Shown here: piece after piece, positions 37,448 to 46,934 of the stretch
How the letters are laid out: the number at the start of each line of letters is the position of its first letter
Position numbering within the stretch: the first letter of the stretch is position 1
Virus record (IMG/VR): IMGVR_UViG_3300023371_001771
Coordinates: 1 to 64,000 of that record
From: a virus
Taxonomy: Duplodnaviria > Heunggongvirae > Uroviricota > Caudoviricetes
Direction: 5' to 3' (one strand)
DNA: 64,000 nt
Program-made: the position numbers and the translations under genes
Notes under the pieces: generated by a model
The model's database searches: none
What the model was told of the DNA's origin: nothing
Seen by the model: the letters and a program-made list of their open reading frames with translations, nothing else

Positions 37448-37714
37448 TTATTCCTCCCTTTTAGTTTCTGGTTTATCATAGGCAAGCTCGAAGCTAAATC
37501 GACCAACATGCCATTCCCTTAAACTTTCAATTGTGTTGCGTATAATTTCAAGCTCTCCAAAGAAATGTACTGCTTCATCGACAGGAATGTGGACATGAAA
37601 AATTTCGCTTTTCCTTCCTCTGCTGCCTATTTTTACTACTGTAACATTAATGTACGTTGCACCATCAAGAAATCCCATTTCTTCAAGAGAGTTGATAGTA
37701 TCTTTCAGTTTCAT
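37448..37714 (-). CDS. hypothetical protein
   Basis: ORF trimmed to ATG (MKLKDT) after AAGAGG. Confidence 0.4.
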   Translation of the reverse strand: MKLKDTINSLEEMGFLDGATYINVTVVKIGSRGRKSEIFHVHIPVDEAVHFFGELEIIRNTIESLREWHVGRFSFELAYDKPETKREE

Positions 37715-37718
37715 ATCG

Positions 37719-38042
37719 TTACCTCTTATTCTTGATTTCCCTTTCGTATTCGTCATCATCAATACGCTTTACCAGAGCAAGGATTTCCCTCCAGCACATA
37801 CAGCATGCGACAAAGAATATCAGCTTGTCTTTGAATGTTTCCTTTGCGTTGCCGTTTGCCTTCAGTTCGTCCAGACGCTTCTTGTGCGCTCTGTACCTCA
37901 GCAACTTTTCTCCATCTCGCTTGTCGTGCTGACGCTTAATCTCCGTGCTCACAATGCTTTTCATCAGTTCCAAATCTCCCTTTCCACGAATTTCTACATT
38001 TCCGTTGCTACGGATAATAGCTACAGTTGCGAGGTTAGTCAT
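37719..38042 (-). CDS. hypothetical protein
   Basis: ORF in the array. Confidence 0.45.
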   Translation of the reverse strand: MTNLATVAIIRSNGNVEIRGKGDLELMKSIVSTEIKRQHDKRDGEKLLRYRAHKKRLDELKANGNAKETFKDKLIFFVACCMCWREILALVKRIDDDEYEREIKNKR

Positions 38043-38274
38043 TTTCTTCTCCCTTCAGCCATTTGGCATACAATTCATTCACGTTGTCGTTGGGAATTAC
38101 TTCTTTCGCTTCCAGAGTCAGCATGTAACCACCAAAGTAACTGCCGCAAGGACTGTCACACAGGTTTACCTTGCCGTCGTAGTTGCCGCACAGATAGACC
38201 AAGTAAATGAATTCCCTCATTTCGCTTTCGGTCATGCGCTTGATGCGTTCGTACATGGTTTCCATTGCTGTCAT
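38035..38274 (-). CDS. hypothetical protein
   Basis: ORF in the array. Confidence 0.45.
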   Translation of the reverse strand: MTAMETMYERIKRMTESEMREFIYLVYLCGNYDGKVNLCDSPCGSYFGGYMLTLEAKEVIPNDNVNELYAKWLKGEEND

Positions 38275-38366
38275 CTCCCTTTGTTGTATTTGAGTTTAGC
38301 TGTTAAGCCAAGCCCATAATGAAACCCACAAGTTTGTGCAACCTGTGGGTTTGATATAGGTTTCGC

Positions 38367-38747
38367 TTATTCAATCAAGATATAGTCGAACCTGTAAAGA
38401 ATGTCATCATAGTAATCAGTGTAAGGGTTGTATACGCAGTATGTGAGGATTACGTTTCCCTTCTGCGCACCCTCTACGTACTTGTAGCTGATGTAATTGA
38501 ATTGCTCTGGCGCATTGAGAATCTTGCCATTTCCGTTGTTATCGGTTACAATGCCAATGATTTTCTCAATGATTAGCTTTCCGTTGCGGTTTTCAAGCAT
38601 TTCTGTTGTGAGGTCTGCGCTGTCGATTACTTGTATGATGTTGAGATTATCTGTTATTTCCCTATAGTAATCAACATCTTCCGCATGTGCAGTGTAGGTG
38701 ATTACCATGATGGCGAGTAAGAGTATTGCGGTGAGTTTGCGCTTCAT
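38367..38747 (-). CDS. secreted protein (signal peptide)
   Basis: N-terminus MKRKLTAILLLAIMVITYTAHA resembles a Sec signal peptide. Confidence 0.5.
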   Translation of the reverse strand: MKRKLTAILLLAIMVITYTAHAEDVDYYREITDNLNIIQVIDSADLTTEMLENRNGKLIIEKIIGIVTDNNGNGKILNAPEQFNYISYKYVEGAQKGNVILTYCVYNPYTDYYDDILYRFDYILIE

Positions 38748-38763
38748 TTCCGTTGCACCTCCC

Positions 38764-38949
38764 TTAGTACCATTTGCGTTGCGCTGCCTTTTTGCGACGC
38801 AAGCATTCGTTGAGGTACATGTTGAGTCCGTCAGTTGCCTTGGTGCACACTTTGTTTGCCTTTACTTTTGCCTTGCCATATGCCTTGTATGCGTCATGTG
38901 CAACGGCTCCTGTCATTGCGGCTGCGCCGATCAGTATTATAATGCTCAT
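38764..38949 (-). CDS. small single-TM protein
   Basis: N-terminal TM helix and a basic C-terminus. Confidence 0.4.
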   Translation of the reverse strand: MSIIILIGAAAMTGAVAHDAYKAYGKAKVKANKVCTKATDGLNMYLNECLRRKKAAQRKWY

Positions 38950-39563
38950 GCTTTTACCTTCCCTTCCAGTTTCATAAGATTCATTTCTGCTTCATGCAGT
39001 TCATTTTCTGTTTCCATCAGACGAGATACACGACGCTGGAGCTCATCGTTTGCCTGCTCAACCAAGCGCTGACGTCTGCACAGTCTTGCATTGAGCGTTT
39101 CAATCAGTTCCCTTGCGTCATTGAGCGACTTGTTGTATGCTTCTTCTGCCTTGCGCTTTGCTTCCCTTTCTGCCTTCCATGCAAGGTATTCTTCAAGTTC
39201 ATCGTTGGGAATGGCGTTCTTTGCCTTTTCCTTTTCGAGTTCGTCCATGAGATAGCTTGCGTGCTCCATGAGCAGGTCAGCACACTCTTCGGGATGGTGC
39301 GCATAAGCCAACTTACACGTTCCGATGAAGCGGATTCTATTTCCGTTCTCGTCACGTTCGTACATTCTGAGAGCAGTCGTTCTTCTCTTGAGGACGTCAA
39401 GTACTGTGTTAATTGATACACCAAAGTACTCTGCTGCATCCGTGCAACTGTTGAAAGTCTTGTGAATGTCGATTGCAATGACGGGCTTACAACAGGCGCT
39501 GTTTCGCTTTCCTGCGCTGGTAAGGGTTGCCTTGTTCTGAACGGTAATGATGGTCTTCTGCAT
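38946..39563 (-). CDS. HTH plus coiled-coil protein (putative DNA-binding)
   Basis: N-terminal IAIDIHKTFNSCTDAAEYFGVSINTVLDVLKRR helix-turn-helix-like segment, then a long coiled coil. Confidence 0.4.
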   Translation of the reverse strand: MQKTIITVQNKATLTSAGKRNSACCKPVIAIDIHKTFNSCTDAAEYFGVSINTVLDVLKRRTTALRMYERDENGNRIRFIGTCKLAYAHHPEECADLLMEHASYLMDELEKEKAKNAIPNDELEEYLAWKAEREAKRKAEEAYNKSLNDARELIETLNARLCRRQRLVEQANDELQRRVSRLMETENELHEAEMNLMKLEGKVKA

Positions 39564-39659
39564 GATGTCTACCTTCCTTTCGCTTTACAAGCGTTATGTC
39601 GTGGATATGCTTAGCACTCCATGGGACTCGGTGGCGTGTGTCACTGAGTCCTAGCAATG

Positions 39660-39839
39660 TTATGCAAGTACGAACGTGAGTACGTCTTTGTGTGCGCTTG
39701 CTATGGCACAGTTTTTACAGTTGTTGTGCCTACCTGTCGTGCTGCACCTGTTACAGCTATAGTGTAGTGCTTTCTTTGCTGCATTTACTGTCCTTGCTTC
39801 GTACTGTCGTTCAACACCTCTTTCTTCAAATATTGACAT
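39660..39839 (-). CDS. Cys-rich small protein
   Basis: ORF trimmed to ATG after AGGAGG. Confidence 0.35.
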   Translation of the reverse strand: MSIFEERGVERQYEARTVNAAKKALHYSCNRCSTTGRHNNCKNCAIASAHKDVLTFVLA

Positions 39840-40452
39840 GGTTGATTCCTCCTTAACTGGGGTTATCCCCAATACTGATTTTCCAAAGCTTCCAGAGCCT
39901 TCTTCAGTACCTTCTGCTCCTTGCGAAGACAGTGGTATTCAGGGCTGGTCTTGTTCTTACAAACCAAGAGCTTCTTGCGGTTGTGCTCAATGGCGCTGTA
40001 GAGTTCGTCACGCTTGTCAGTGTATTCGGTCATGAACATAATTTATTCCTCCTTCTCTGGACTTATAAGCCCATAATTGGATAGTCCGACATTAGCCGAA
40101 CTAGCCTATATAGGTTTACAGAACCCATGCCGTATTGCCATCATTAAGCATAGCCATAATGCCTGGTACATAGTAGTCGTCGCAGTCCATATACGCAACA
40201 CGGGCATCCAGGGCGTCATGGATTGAGTCATACTCTTCGAAAGTTCCATGGCGATAGTAGACACGATACTTGACAATCATTCGTGTAGCACCCATATAAA
40301 CACCTCCTGAGTTTATTCATACCTATCGGTCTGCCCCATGAATTCGATGTACGTATAGCCATCGGCATAATAGGGCTTCAGATTGCACATGATGAAACGG
40401 TACTCTGCGAACATCAGAGCGAGAACGAGCAGAGTGATTGCGATAAACTTCT

Positions 40453-40743
40453 TCATGATACTACCTCATCAAATTTCATACCAAGATAGGCTTCTACCAG
40501 CGCAGGGTCTACCATAGCAAGCTTACAGAATGTGCGCATGGCTTGAGGTTTTGGTTCGTGCCAACCAAAGAAGTCATAGTCTATGAGCATGTTGGACAGA
40601 TATTCTACGAACTTATCAAAGTCGGGTTCGTCGTTGTGGACTTCTTGCGCTGCCCAGTACGCTCCACCCATTACGGCTACTGCATTGTCGTGCTTGTCCT
40701 CTAATGCAAGAATATTGCGCTGGATGATGCTAGGGTTGAACAT
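40453..40743 (-). CDS. hypothetical protein
   Basis: ORF trimmed to ATG (MFNPS) after GGAGGTGAG. Confidence 0.4.
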   Translation of the reverse strand: MFNPSIIQRNILALEDKHDNAVAVMGGAYWAAQEVHNDEPDFDKFVEYLSNMLIDYDFFGWHEPKPQAMRTFCKLAMVDPALVEAYLGMKFDEVVS

Positions 40744-40745
40744 GA

Positions 40746-40994
40746 TTATCTCACCTCCTGTTCTATACATGACACATAGATATCTAGATTGCCGGACTGG
40801 TAGTTAAACTCCAGGTCATCCATCTCACGGATATCAGCTTGGCTAATATTGTGGTAATGTCCTCGTGCCATGCTAATTATTGCGGATATGGCTACGCTTT
40901 TAGCCTTGTCCCTAGTTGCATAAACTCCATGCAAACTATTGGACTGGTGTCCTTGAATAATAGAATCACTGATAACAACATAAACTTTTGACAT
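40746..40994 (-). CDS. hypothetical protein
   Basis: ORF with RBS AGGAGTG. Confidence 0.45.
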   Translation of the reverse strand: MSKVYVVISDSIIQGHQSNSLHGVYATRDKAKSVAISAIISMARGHYHNISQADIREMDDLEFNYQSGNLDIYVSCIEQEVR

Positions 40995-41181
40995 AATACA
41001 TCACTCCTATGGTTAGATTATTTATGTCGTTACCTATGATGTCTGTGGTGTGGGTCTCAGACCATGCCATAACACCACATATGGCAGGAATGTCTGGAGC
41101 TAATCCCAGACTAAGCAACTCTAGGTGATGCCCGAAGGCATTGGAAAAGAGCCTGTTTAGGGCACAGACTCTTTAGGAAGC

Positions 41182-41202
41182 CCACTAATTTTGTATTGTT
41201 GG
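41182..41202 (-). promoter_or_regulatory. conserved motif copy (variant caaaattagtgg) just after the first leftward gene
   Basis: ccaacaatacaaaattagtgg on the minus strand, followed by hairpin 41120-41160. Confidence 0.45.
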
Positions 41203-41203
41203 A

Positions 41204-42037
41204 TTACTTTGCTTCAGCTTCAACCTTCTTAGCTTCTTTAATCTTCTTGTCCTGCTTTCTGCCGCCCTGAATCTGTGCATCCTCCTTCTCCAGCTGTTCA
41301 TCGGTCATGGAGTTACGTGCGCCCAGCAGGTCTGCCATTGCATCTTCAATGTCCTTACGGGTAGAGTCGGGTGCATGCTTCAAGTCCTTACCTCTGGTGT
41401 TGGTCATAGGATTCTTGTAGTCCTTGTAGCACTGCCATGCTTCCTTGCCAATGGCTTTCTTCACTTCCTTGAGTCTTTCCAGTTCGGCATTGAGAACATT
41501 CAGCTGAAGGTTGGTGTGGTTCTGGTCAACGGATGCCACAAAGAACTTGATAATGGCATTGTAGTAGTCCTGCGTATCTGCGCTGAAGTATTCAGTCTGC
41601 ATGGTTGCAGAGTCTACAGCCTTGGGGAACAGCACGGACTCGGGATTGTTAATGTCTGCACCAGACACATAGCATGCCCATTCAATAGCCTTCTTGAAAG
41701 TGCGTTCCTCCTTCTCTGCGTCACGGTACTTCTTGGACTTGATAACCTTGTAGGGAATTACCCTAAAGAACTGGGCACAGTATGCGTCAAGGGACAGAAT
41801 GCGAGTGTCACATCCTACAAAGGTGAACAGTCTGTGCAGTGCAGAACGGAACTCTGCAAAGGTGCCGGACTCAGTGGGGGACAAGTACTTATAGGTAGTG
41901 CTTGCAATGTCGTCACAGATAGACAGATAGGTTGCCCATTCTGCCTTAGTAAATTCTTCCTTGTCAAGCTGTTCCATGATGGAACGGTTGTCAATCATCA
42001 TTTCGCCGTATTCATTGTAATTGGTATGAGTTGCCAT
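41204..42037 (-). CDS. hypothetical protein (first gene of the leftward arm)
   Basis: 277-aa ORF with RBS AGGAGG. Terminator-like hairpin and leader motif lie downstream. Confidence 0.5.
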   Translation of the reverse strand: MATHTNYNEYGEMMIDNRSIMEQLDKEEFTKAEWATYLSICDDIASTTYKYLSPTESGTFAEFRSALHRLFTFVGCDTRILSLDAYCAQFFRVIPYKVIKSKKYRDAEKEERTFKKAIEWACYVSGADINNPESVLFPKAVDSATMQTEYFSADTQDYYNAIIKFFVASVDQNHTNLQLNVLNAELERLKEVKKAIGKEAWQCYKDYKNPMTNTRGKDLKHAPDSTRKDIEDAMADLLGARNSMTDEQLEKEDAQIQGGRKQDKKIKEAKKVEAEAK

Positions 42038-42639
42038 AGTATTACCTCCTGTGCGGGTTTACCGCTTATTATTGTTAGCCCATGTGGACTACTTACGACA
42101 CACAATGATATACTATGTGTCCTAAGTAACCCACACGACATACTATCATAGTCCTTTGGAAGGGACTCTATTAAATCTTGATTGATAGTATTGTGGGATT
42201 ACTTGTCTATCAAAATATATACGGATACCGCTTTATATTCATAGACTCTACCGCCAGTTTATTCACACTCATGCCCCAATATTATCCTATGGGGACTACT
42301 TCCTTTCACCTAAGTAGTATCTAAACATTCGGTTGGTCTGTGCTATGGATTAGAACCATACGATACACAGGCATTTAGGGTATTTTGTACTTGCGCCGTG
42401 TCATAGTTGCGAATGGGCAGACCTATGACATATGCGAATGAGCCAGCGTTTTCCTACTTTATGTGCCGTCACTCCTGTAAAGACTTGCAAAGGGTACTTG
42501 TTTTCGATTCATGCACATTGCTGTGGTAGATATATAGTTTTCAAAGAGCGAAAGTTGTATTGCGTCTAGGCTGTGGGCTATGGCTTGCGCCTACTGTAGG
42601 GCTTGCGCCCTGTGTCGTTGCCCTGTCGCTTTCGACATG

Positions 42640-43290
42640 CTTATTATAGCACAATTTTCACGACAAATATGTATTTGTTTTGATGTGTGTATTTATACAA
42701 AAATCCTGCATAAATTGCATAGGGGAGCATAAAACTACAGCTTTTTTGCATAAAAAGTGTATAAAGGAAAGGTGGTTTATTTACACACTGACTGCAAAAT
42801 ACGCCATATATGTACACATATTCAGATATTGGCATGTCATCAGCGCATCCCTAAAACCACCCCATTATAATTAGCCAACCGCATGCGCACTTATTGATAT
42901 TGCAACACCTCCAAATCATCAATGATCGCATCTTTATTTAAATTTTTTATTGTTTAATCCAACAACGAATCATTATCGTTTTTACACCTATTTTTTAAAA
43001 ACACCTCGTTTATCGATAAACCGCAAATAAATCATTATTGCTTTCCATCAGTTTTCGCCCAGTAAAACAACCGCTTAACAAAGCATAAATAAAACTACCA
43101 TTAAACAGCAGCACTAAAAACCAACTAACAATTCATTGCGTTTTTTAAAAATTTCAAATCACCACTCATAAAAAACAAACCCCAAAAATCACTTAAAACA
43201 TTTTCAAAATTTAAACCGACCCGCAAAACCCTCAATAAATCATTACCACTTTCACAGCAACACCACCCGGGGCACCTTCAAACTACCTCT
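42640..43290. promoter_or_regulatory. AT-rich divergent control region between the two arms, strongly G-depleted on the plus strand
   Basis: The plus strand is almost only A, C and T across about 42,900-43,280. It carries degenerate direct repeats aaataaatcatta(t/c)...ctttc at about 43,021 and 43,232, and ttttttaaaaa at about 42,993 and 43,144. Confidence 0.45.
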
Positions 43291-43319
43291 TGACAAACCA
43301 TTCTTACGCATGCTATACT
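43290..43319 (+). promoter_or_regulatory. sigma70-like promoter (TTGACA-N18-TATACT) for the rightward arm
   Basis: ttgacaaaccattcttacgcatgctatact. Confidence 0.55.
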
Positions 43320-43325
43320 CTATCA

Positions 43326-43347
43326 CACAATACAAAATTAATGGAGG
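43326..43347 (+). promoter_or_regulatory. conserved leader motif copy providing the SD (CAATACAAAATTAATGGAGG)
   Basis: Sits between the promoter and the ATG at 43356. Confidence 0.6.
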
Positions 43348-43355
43348 TTATATGC

Positions 43356-43715
43356 ATGCAGCAATATAAGCACACTCCTTTTGATGAAGAGACCCTCGAA
43401 GCAATGATCCAATACAATACAAATAATCCATCCAAAAATCACTTCAGTTTAATTGATGCACGAATTATAAGTCTTATTCACTCATATTCCTATTCCGAAA
43501 TGCTATTTTTTGCATCAAACAAGTACCTTGCAGAAAGATGTCTCACCTCATCCCCAACAGTACAAAAGTCAATTAATAAACTGCTAGATCACAATTTTAT
43601 TACAAAAAAAGTAGCATGTATTAATGGACGCAAACAGCGCATACTATCTTATAACGAACATGCCGTAGACCAATTCAAAAAGGAAATGTTGTTGGCTGCG
43701 CCGCAGGCACCATAA
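43356..43715 (+). CDS. winged-helix DNA-binding protein (candidate origin-binding/initiator or regulator)
   Basis: ATG after AATGGAGG. The LAERCLTSSPTVQKSINKLLDHNFITKKV segment resembles a wHTH. Iteron-like repeats lie immediately downstream. Confidence 0.45.
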   Translation: MQQYKHTPFDEETLEAMIQYNTNNPSKNHFSLIDARIISLIHSYSYSEMLFFASNKYLAERCLTSSPTVQKSINKLLDHNFITKKVACINGRKQRILSYNEHAVDQFKKEMLLAAPQAP

Positions 43716-43828
43716 TAAAGATTTTTTATTTTACTACCCCGACCATAATAAAGAATCTTTACTGACCATAATAAAGCAGCTTTACTATATTACATTAGTA
43801 TTATTACATTAGAATATTATTACATTAG
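43709..43828. repeat. iteron-like direct repeats: 3x gACCATAATAAAG(a/c)a..cTTTAc then 3x ATTATTACATTAG
   Basis: Copies at 43709-43720, 43741-43753, 43764-43776, and at about 43786-43798, 43801-43812, 43816-43828. Confidence 0.6.
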
Positions 43829-43894
43829 ATTAGCGTAAAAATACTCGTGCCTCGTATTTTTCCTTTACTCGTTAAATGCTTACGCATTTAACTC

Positions 43895-43975
43895 GTAAAT
43901 ATTTATTATTTATTTTATTTATTATTATATATAATAATATAATATATAATATATATAATATAATAAACAAACCAT
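43895..43975. repeat. low-complexity AT tract (TA/TAA-type) - candidate DNA-unwinding element
   Basis: atttattatttattttatttattattatatataataatataatatataatatatataatataataaac. Confidence 0.55.
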
Positions 43976-44003
43976 AATATACTCATTATACTATGCTTTT
44001 CCT

Positions 44004-44033
44004 ATTGACATTTCCAGCATTTGGTGCTATACT
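44004..44033 (+). promoter_or_regulatory. sigma70-like promoter (TTGACA-N17-TATACT)
   Basis: ttgacatttccagcatttggtgctatact. Confidence 0.55.
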
Positions 44034-44036
44034 ATT

Positions 44037-44057
44037 AACAGTACAAAATTAATGGAG
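44037..44057 (+). promoter_or_regulatory. conserved leader motif copy (AACAGTACAAAATTAATGGAG)
   Basis: Sits downstream of promoter 44004-44033. Confidence 0.6.
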
Positions 44058-44068
44058 CGTGAAACCGC

Positions 44069-44254
44069 ATGAAGATCCTAAAACACGGCAATGTTCCAGA
44101 GCGCACTTTCACATGTGACATATGTGGATGTGAGTTCATTGCAAGTTTTAGTGAATACACTCACACTCGACTATATGACTATAAAACGAATCGCACATTC
44201 ATGGAGATATTTGAATCACAATGTCCATGCTGCGGAACTACGGTGCAAGGTTAG
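44069..44254 (+). CDS. zinc-ribbon protein
   Basis: Contains CDICGC...CPCCG. Promoter and leader motif lie upstream. Confidence 0.45.
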   Translation: MKILKHGNVPERTFTCDICGCEFIASFSEYTHTRLYDYKTNRTFMEIFESQCPCCGTTVQG

Positions 44255-44275
44255 TGGGGGGGGGTACTTTCAACT

Positions 44276-44560
44276 ATGAATCTAAAACCAATTAACTGTC
44301 CTGCATGTGGCGAGCATGCAGAAATTATTGGCGAAGGTGTTGCTAAAGCAATATATGATGAGCATGGCAACAAAACAGAAATGCACTTTACTGAGTTTGA
44401 TGGATATACCGTTCAGTGTTCAAATTGTTTTGAACAAACAGTGCTTTTCAACACCATAGAAGAGGCCGTTCAAAATTGGAACGACTTATCTTCACACGAC
44501 GATACAATTGACCAATTGCTTAAGGAGTGTATTTATGAGAGATATCCTATTTCGAGGTAA
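44276..44560 (+). CDS. zinc-ribbon protein
   Basis: Contains CPACG...CSNC. Confidence 0.45.
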   Translation: MNLKPINCPACGEHAEIIGEGVAKAIYDEHGNKTEMHFTEFDGYTVQCSNCFEQTVLFNTIEEAVQNWNDLSSHDDTIDQLLKECIYERYPISR

Positions 44561-45134
44561 GCGCCTAGATAATGGCGAATGGGTATATGGGGGCTACTTC
44601 AAACACGATAAAGTAAAAGTATGCTTTACGAGTGATGACCCGCATACAAAGCACTGCATTATTAGTGACGGTTCTTGTGATTGGGGATTTGAACCGCCGC
44701 TGGAATATTGCGAAGTAGATCCTAAAACTGTAGGTCAATTTACTGGAATGAATGATTTTGTAATGGCACATGAATTGAGACACCCTATTTTTGAAGGTGA
44801 CATTATGGAACTATGGAGTCGTCGCAGAATAGGGGCAGACGGGTATTGGACAGTGAAAAGCCAATATGATGGTGATTGCATAGTACGTGCGGTTGTAGTG
44901 TTTAAGAATGGTGAGTGGAGATTGGATTACGACAATGCGTATAATAATAAAATTGCCGCAGCCAGGGGAAACGAAGTGTACGACAGAGATGTGTATGCGC
45001 ACTGGTCACTTTATCATTTGATACCACATTCAAAAAACATAGACATGTTTAGAAAGCTTAACAGCCATCATAAAACAGATGATATTAAAATCATCGGAAA
45101 TATTCACGACAACCCAGAACTCTTGGAGGAATAA
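44535..45134 (+). CDS. YopX-like protein
   Basis: C-terminal IIGNIHDNPELLEE is characteristic of the YopX family. The N-terminus (RGKRLDNGEWVYGGY) also fits. Confidence 0.5.
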   Translation: MRDILFRGKRLDNGEWVYGGYFKHDKVKVCFTSDDPHTKHCIISDGSCDWGFEPPLEYCEVDPKTVGQFTGMNDFVMAHELRHPIFEGDIMELWSRRRIGADGYWTVKSQYDGDCIVRAVVVFKNGEWRLDYDNAYNNKIAAARGNEVYDRDVYAHWSLYHLIPHSKNIDMFRKLNSHHKTDDIKIIGNIHDNPELLEE

Positions 45135-45137
45135 CAT

Positions 45138-45422
45138 ATGTTTGGCACAGTGCATTTCACAGACGGCCACACAGAGCCAGTAATAAGTTACAACTTTAAC
45201 CCAACGGGAACAGAGCTATATTTTACAACAGAGTCTGGCACTTATGGGTTTAAGGAAAATGTTCCATTATCAGAATTTGAACGCGAATATGAGTACGGAT
45301 ATTCTATCGTGCCATTTTTGACTAAGCTGCACAAGTTTTATAGATATGATTGTTCTATGTGCAGATGGCTTGTAATCAACGACATTGAATGCATTGAACT
45401 TTTTACGGAGGTGTTACACTAA
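45138..45422 (+). CDS. hypothetical protein
   Basis: ORF in the rightward array. Confidence 0.45.
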   Translation: MFGTVHFTDGHTEPVISYNFNPTGTELYFTTESGTYGFKENVPLSEFEREYEYGYSIVPFLTKLHKFYRYDCSMCRWLVINDIECIELFTEVLH

Positions 45423-45703
45423 TGGCTGACTTTAAGGAAACTTGCGTCGAATATCTAGACGTAGACTCACACGCAACTTTTTGCTCGGCGGAGCGCAAAT
45501 GGATTAATAAGATTATGAAGCTAAAAGAAGCTTATCCTGACGAAGTGGAAATTCAGGAATATCCAGAAAACAATTGCGGTAACATTCTAGTACACATTCC
45601 AAAGAGCTGGCTCAAGATTGCACCACCACGTCAGGTGAATTTTACAGAAGAACAGCGTGCGGCGGCTGCAGAGAGAATGGCTGCAGCAAGAGCGTCAAAA
45701 TGA
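45422..45703 (+). CDS. hypothetical protein
   Basis: ORF in the rightward array. Confidence 0.45.
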   Translation: MADFKETCVEYLDVDSHATFCSAERKWINKIMKLKEAYPDEVEIQEYPENNCGNILVHIPKSWLKIAPPRQVNFTEEQRAAAAERMAAARASK

Positions 45704-45824
45704 TAGACTTGACTATTAGAAAATCGCACTAATTTTGCGTTTTCTTATTGAGTTTGATAAGTTGTAGGGGTATGATATTAAAATCAATTTTTACGGCGAA
45801 AACCTTATAGATAAGAGGTACAAA

Positions 45825-45971
45825 ATGAAAACCGATGTAAACACGCTTCTCAAAGCAATCCATAAAAAGTGCCTTGACTGTTGCGCAGGTATGTGGAGTG
45901 AGCTTGACAAGTGTAAAATCACAAATTGTCCGCTATATAACTACAGAAAATTAAAAGGAGAAACAAAATGA
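45825..45971 (+). CDS. small Cys-rich protein (48 aa)
   Basis: ATG after AAGAGG. Contains CLDCC...C..C. Confidence 0.3.
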   Translation: MKTDVNTLLKAIHKKCLDCCAGMWSELDKCKITNCPLYNYRKLKGETK

Positions 45972-46096
45972 CGAAGTATGAAATTGCACAGCTAATTCGT
46001 GCGCTACTTGATGTTGAAGATGTTAGTGAGCTTCCTGATGCGGTTCTAAGCTTGGCTGATATGGTTGAGGATGATGAAGAGGATGATTGCGAATGA
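45968..46096 (+). CDS. small acidic protein (42 aa)
   Basis: ATG after AAAGGAG. C-terminus DDEEDDCE. Confidence 0.3.
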   Translation: MTKYEIAQLIRALLDVEDVSELPDAVLSLADMVEDDEEDDCE

Positions 46097-46539
46097 CAAT
46101 CACTCAGATATTTGGAATAATAATTCTTGTTGTGATATTTTTAATTGTTTTTATGGGAATTCCAATAGTGAACTGGTGGGTAGATGGCCATGGATATCCA
46201 AAAATTAAATTCTCCGCATTTAAAAAGTTCTATGCCATAAACCAAAACAGATGGGAATTGTATGATGGCCATGTTATGTGTAAAAGTGATAGCAAATACG
46301 GAGGCACATTAGTAATGGACCACTTCAGTTTCGGTGTTATTGATTTTTACAGATATAAACTTTGGCGCAAGAGACGTGATAAGATGCTAGAAAATCAAGT
46401 GCAGGCCAAATCAATAGAGCGCATGGTCGAATCTGTTAAAAGGGACATCAAAAACATGGAGCTTCTTTCTCAACAAGAAATTAACAAGGCCAAAACAAAC
46501 ATGAAATATATTTTTGATAATATAAACGGAGGACATTAA
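46093..46539 (+). CDS. membrane protein
   Basis: N-terminal TM helix (IFGIIILVVIFLIVFMGIPIV). Confidence 0.45.
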   Translation: MTITQIFGIIILVVIFLIVFMGIPIVNWWVDGHGYPKIKFSAFKKFYAINQNRWELYDGHVMCKSDSKYGGTLVMDHFSFGVIDFYRYKLWRKRRDKMLENQVQAKSIERMVESVKRDIKNMELLSQQEINKAKTNMKYIFDNINGGH

Positions 46540-46541
46540 TA

Positions 46542-46919
46542 GTGTTTGGTAATGAATACTTATGTCGCGCCATAAGATCAGATAACGGCGAGCTAATTTG
46601 CGGTTATTTTGTGGGCGCAGGATTTGGCTCAGCTTATTTGTCTGTACAAAACGAAAACAAAACAATGTGGCGCACTTACTCGGTGTACGAAGATACAGTA
46701 TGTCGTTGCACTGGACTTGCGGACAAAAATGGCACATTAATCTTTGAGCACGACTATGTGCGCACGGAGTACGGTAGAATTTGCGAAGTGGTTTGGAAGT
46801 CACTTCCAGGTCATTGCGGTTGGGATCTTGATCCAGCTGCTAGGCTTGATTGTGAGCCGCCATATAAATTTGATTTGTGGAAATCTTGCAACCTTGAAGT
46901 AGTTGAAGCACAAAATTAA
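46542..46919 (+). CDS. hypothetical protein (possible YopX-like N-domain)
   Basis: GTG start. YVRTEYGRICEVVW resembles a YopX core. Confidence 0.35.
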   Translation: MFGNEYLCRAIRSDNGELICGYFVGAGFGSAYLSVQNENKTMWRTYSVYEDTVCRCTGLADKNGTLIFEHDYVRTEYGRICEVVWKSLPGHCGWDLDPAARLDCEPPYKFDLWKSCNLEVVEAQN

Positions 46920-46934
46920 CGGAGGAATAAACAA

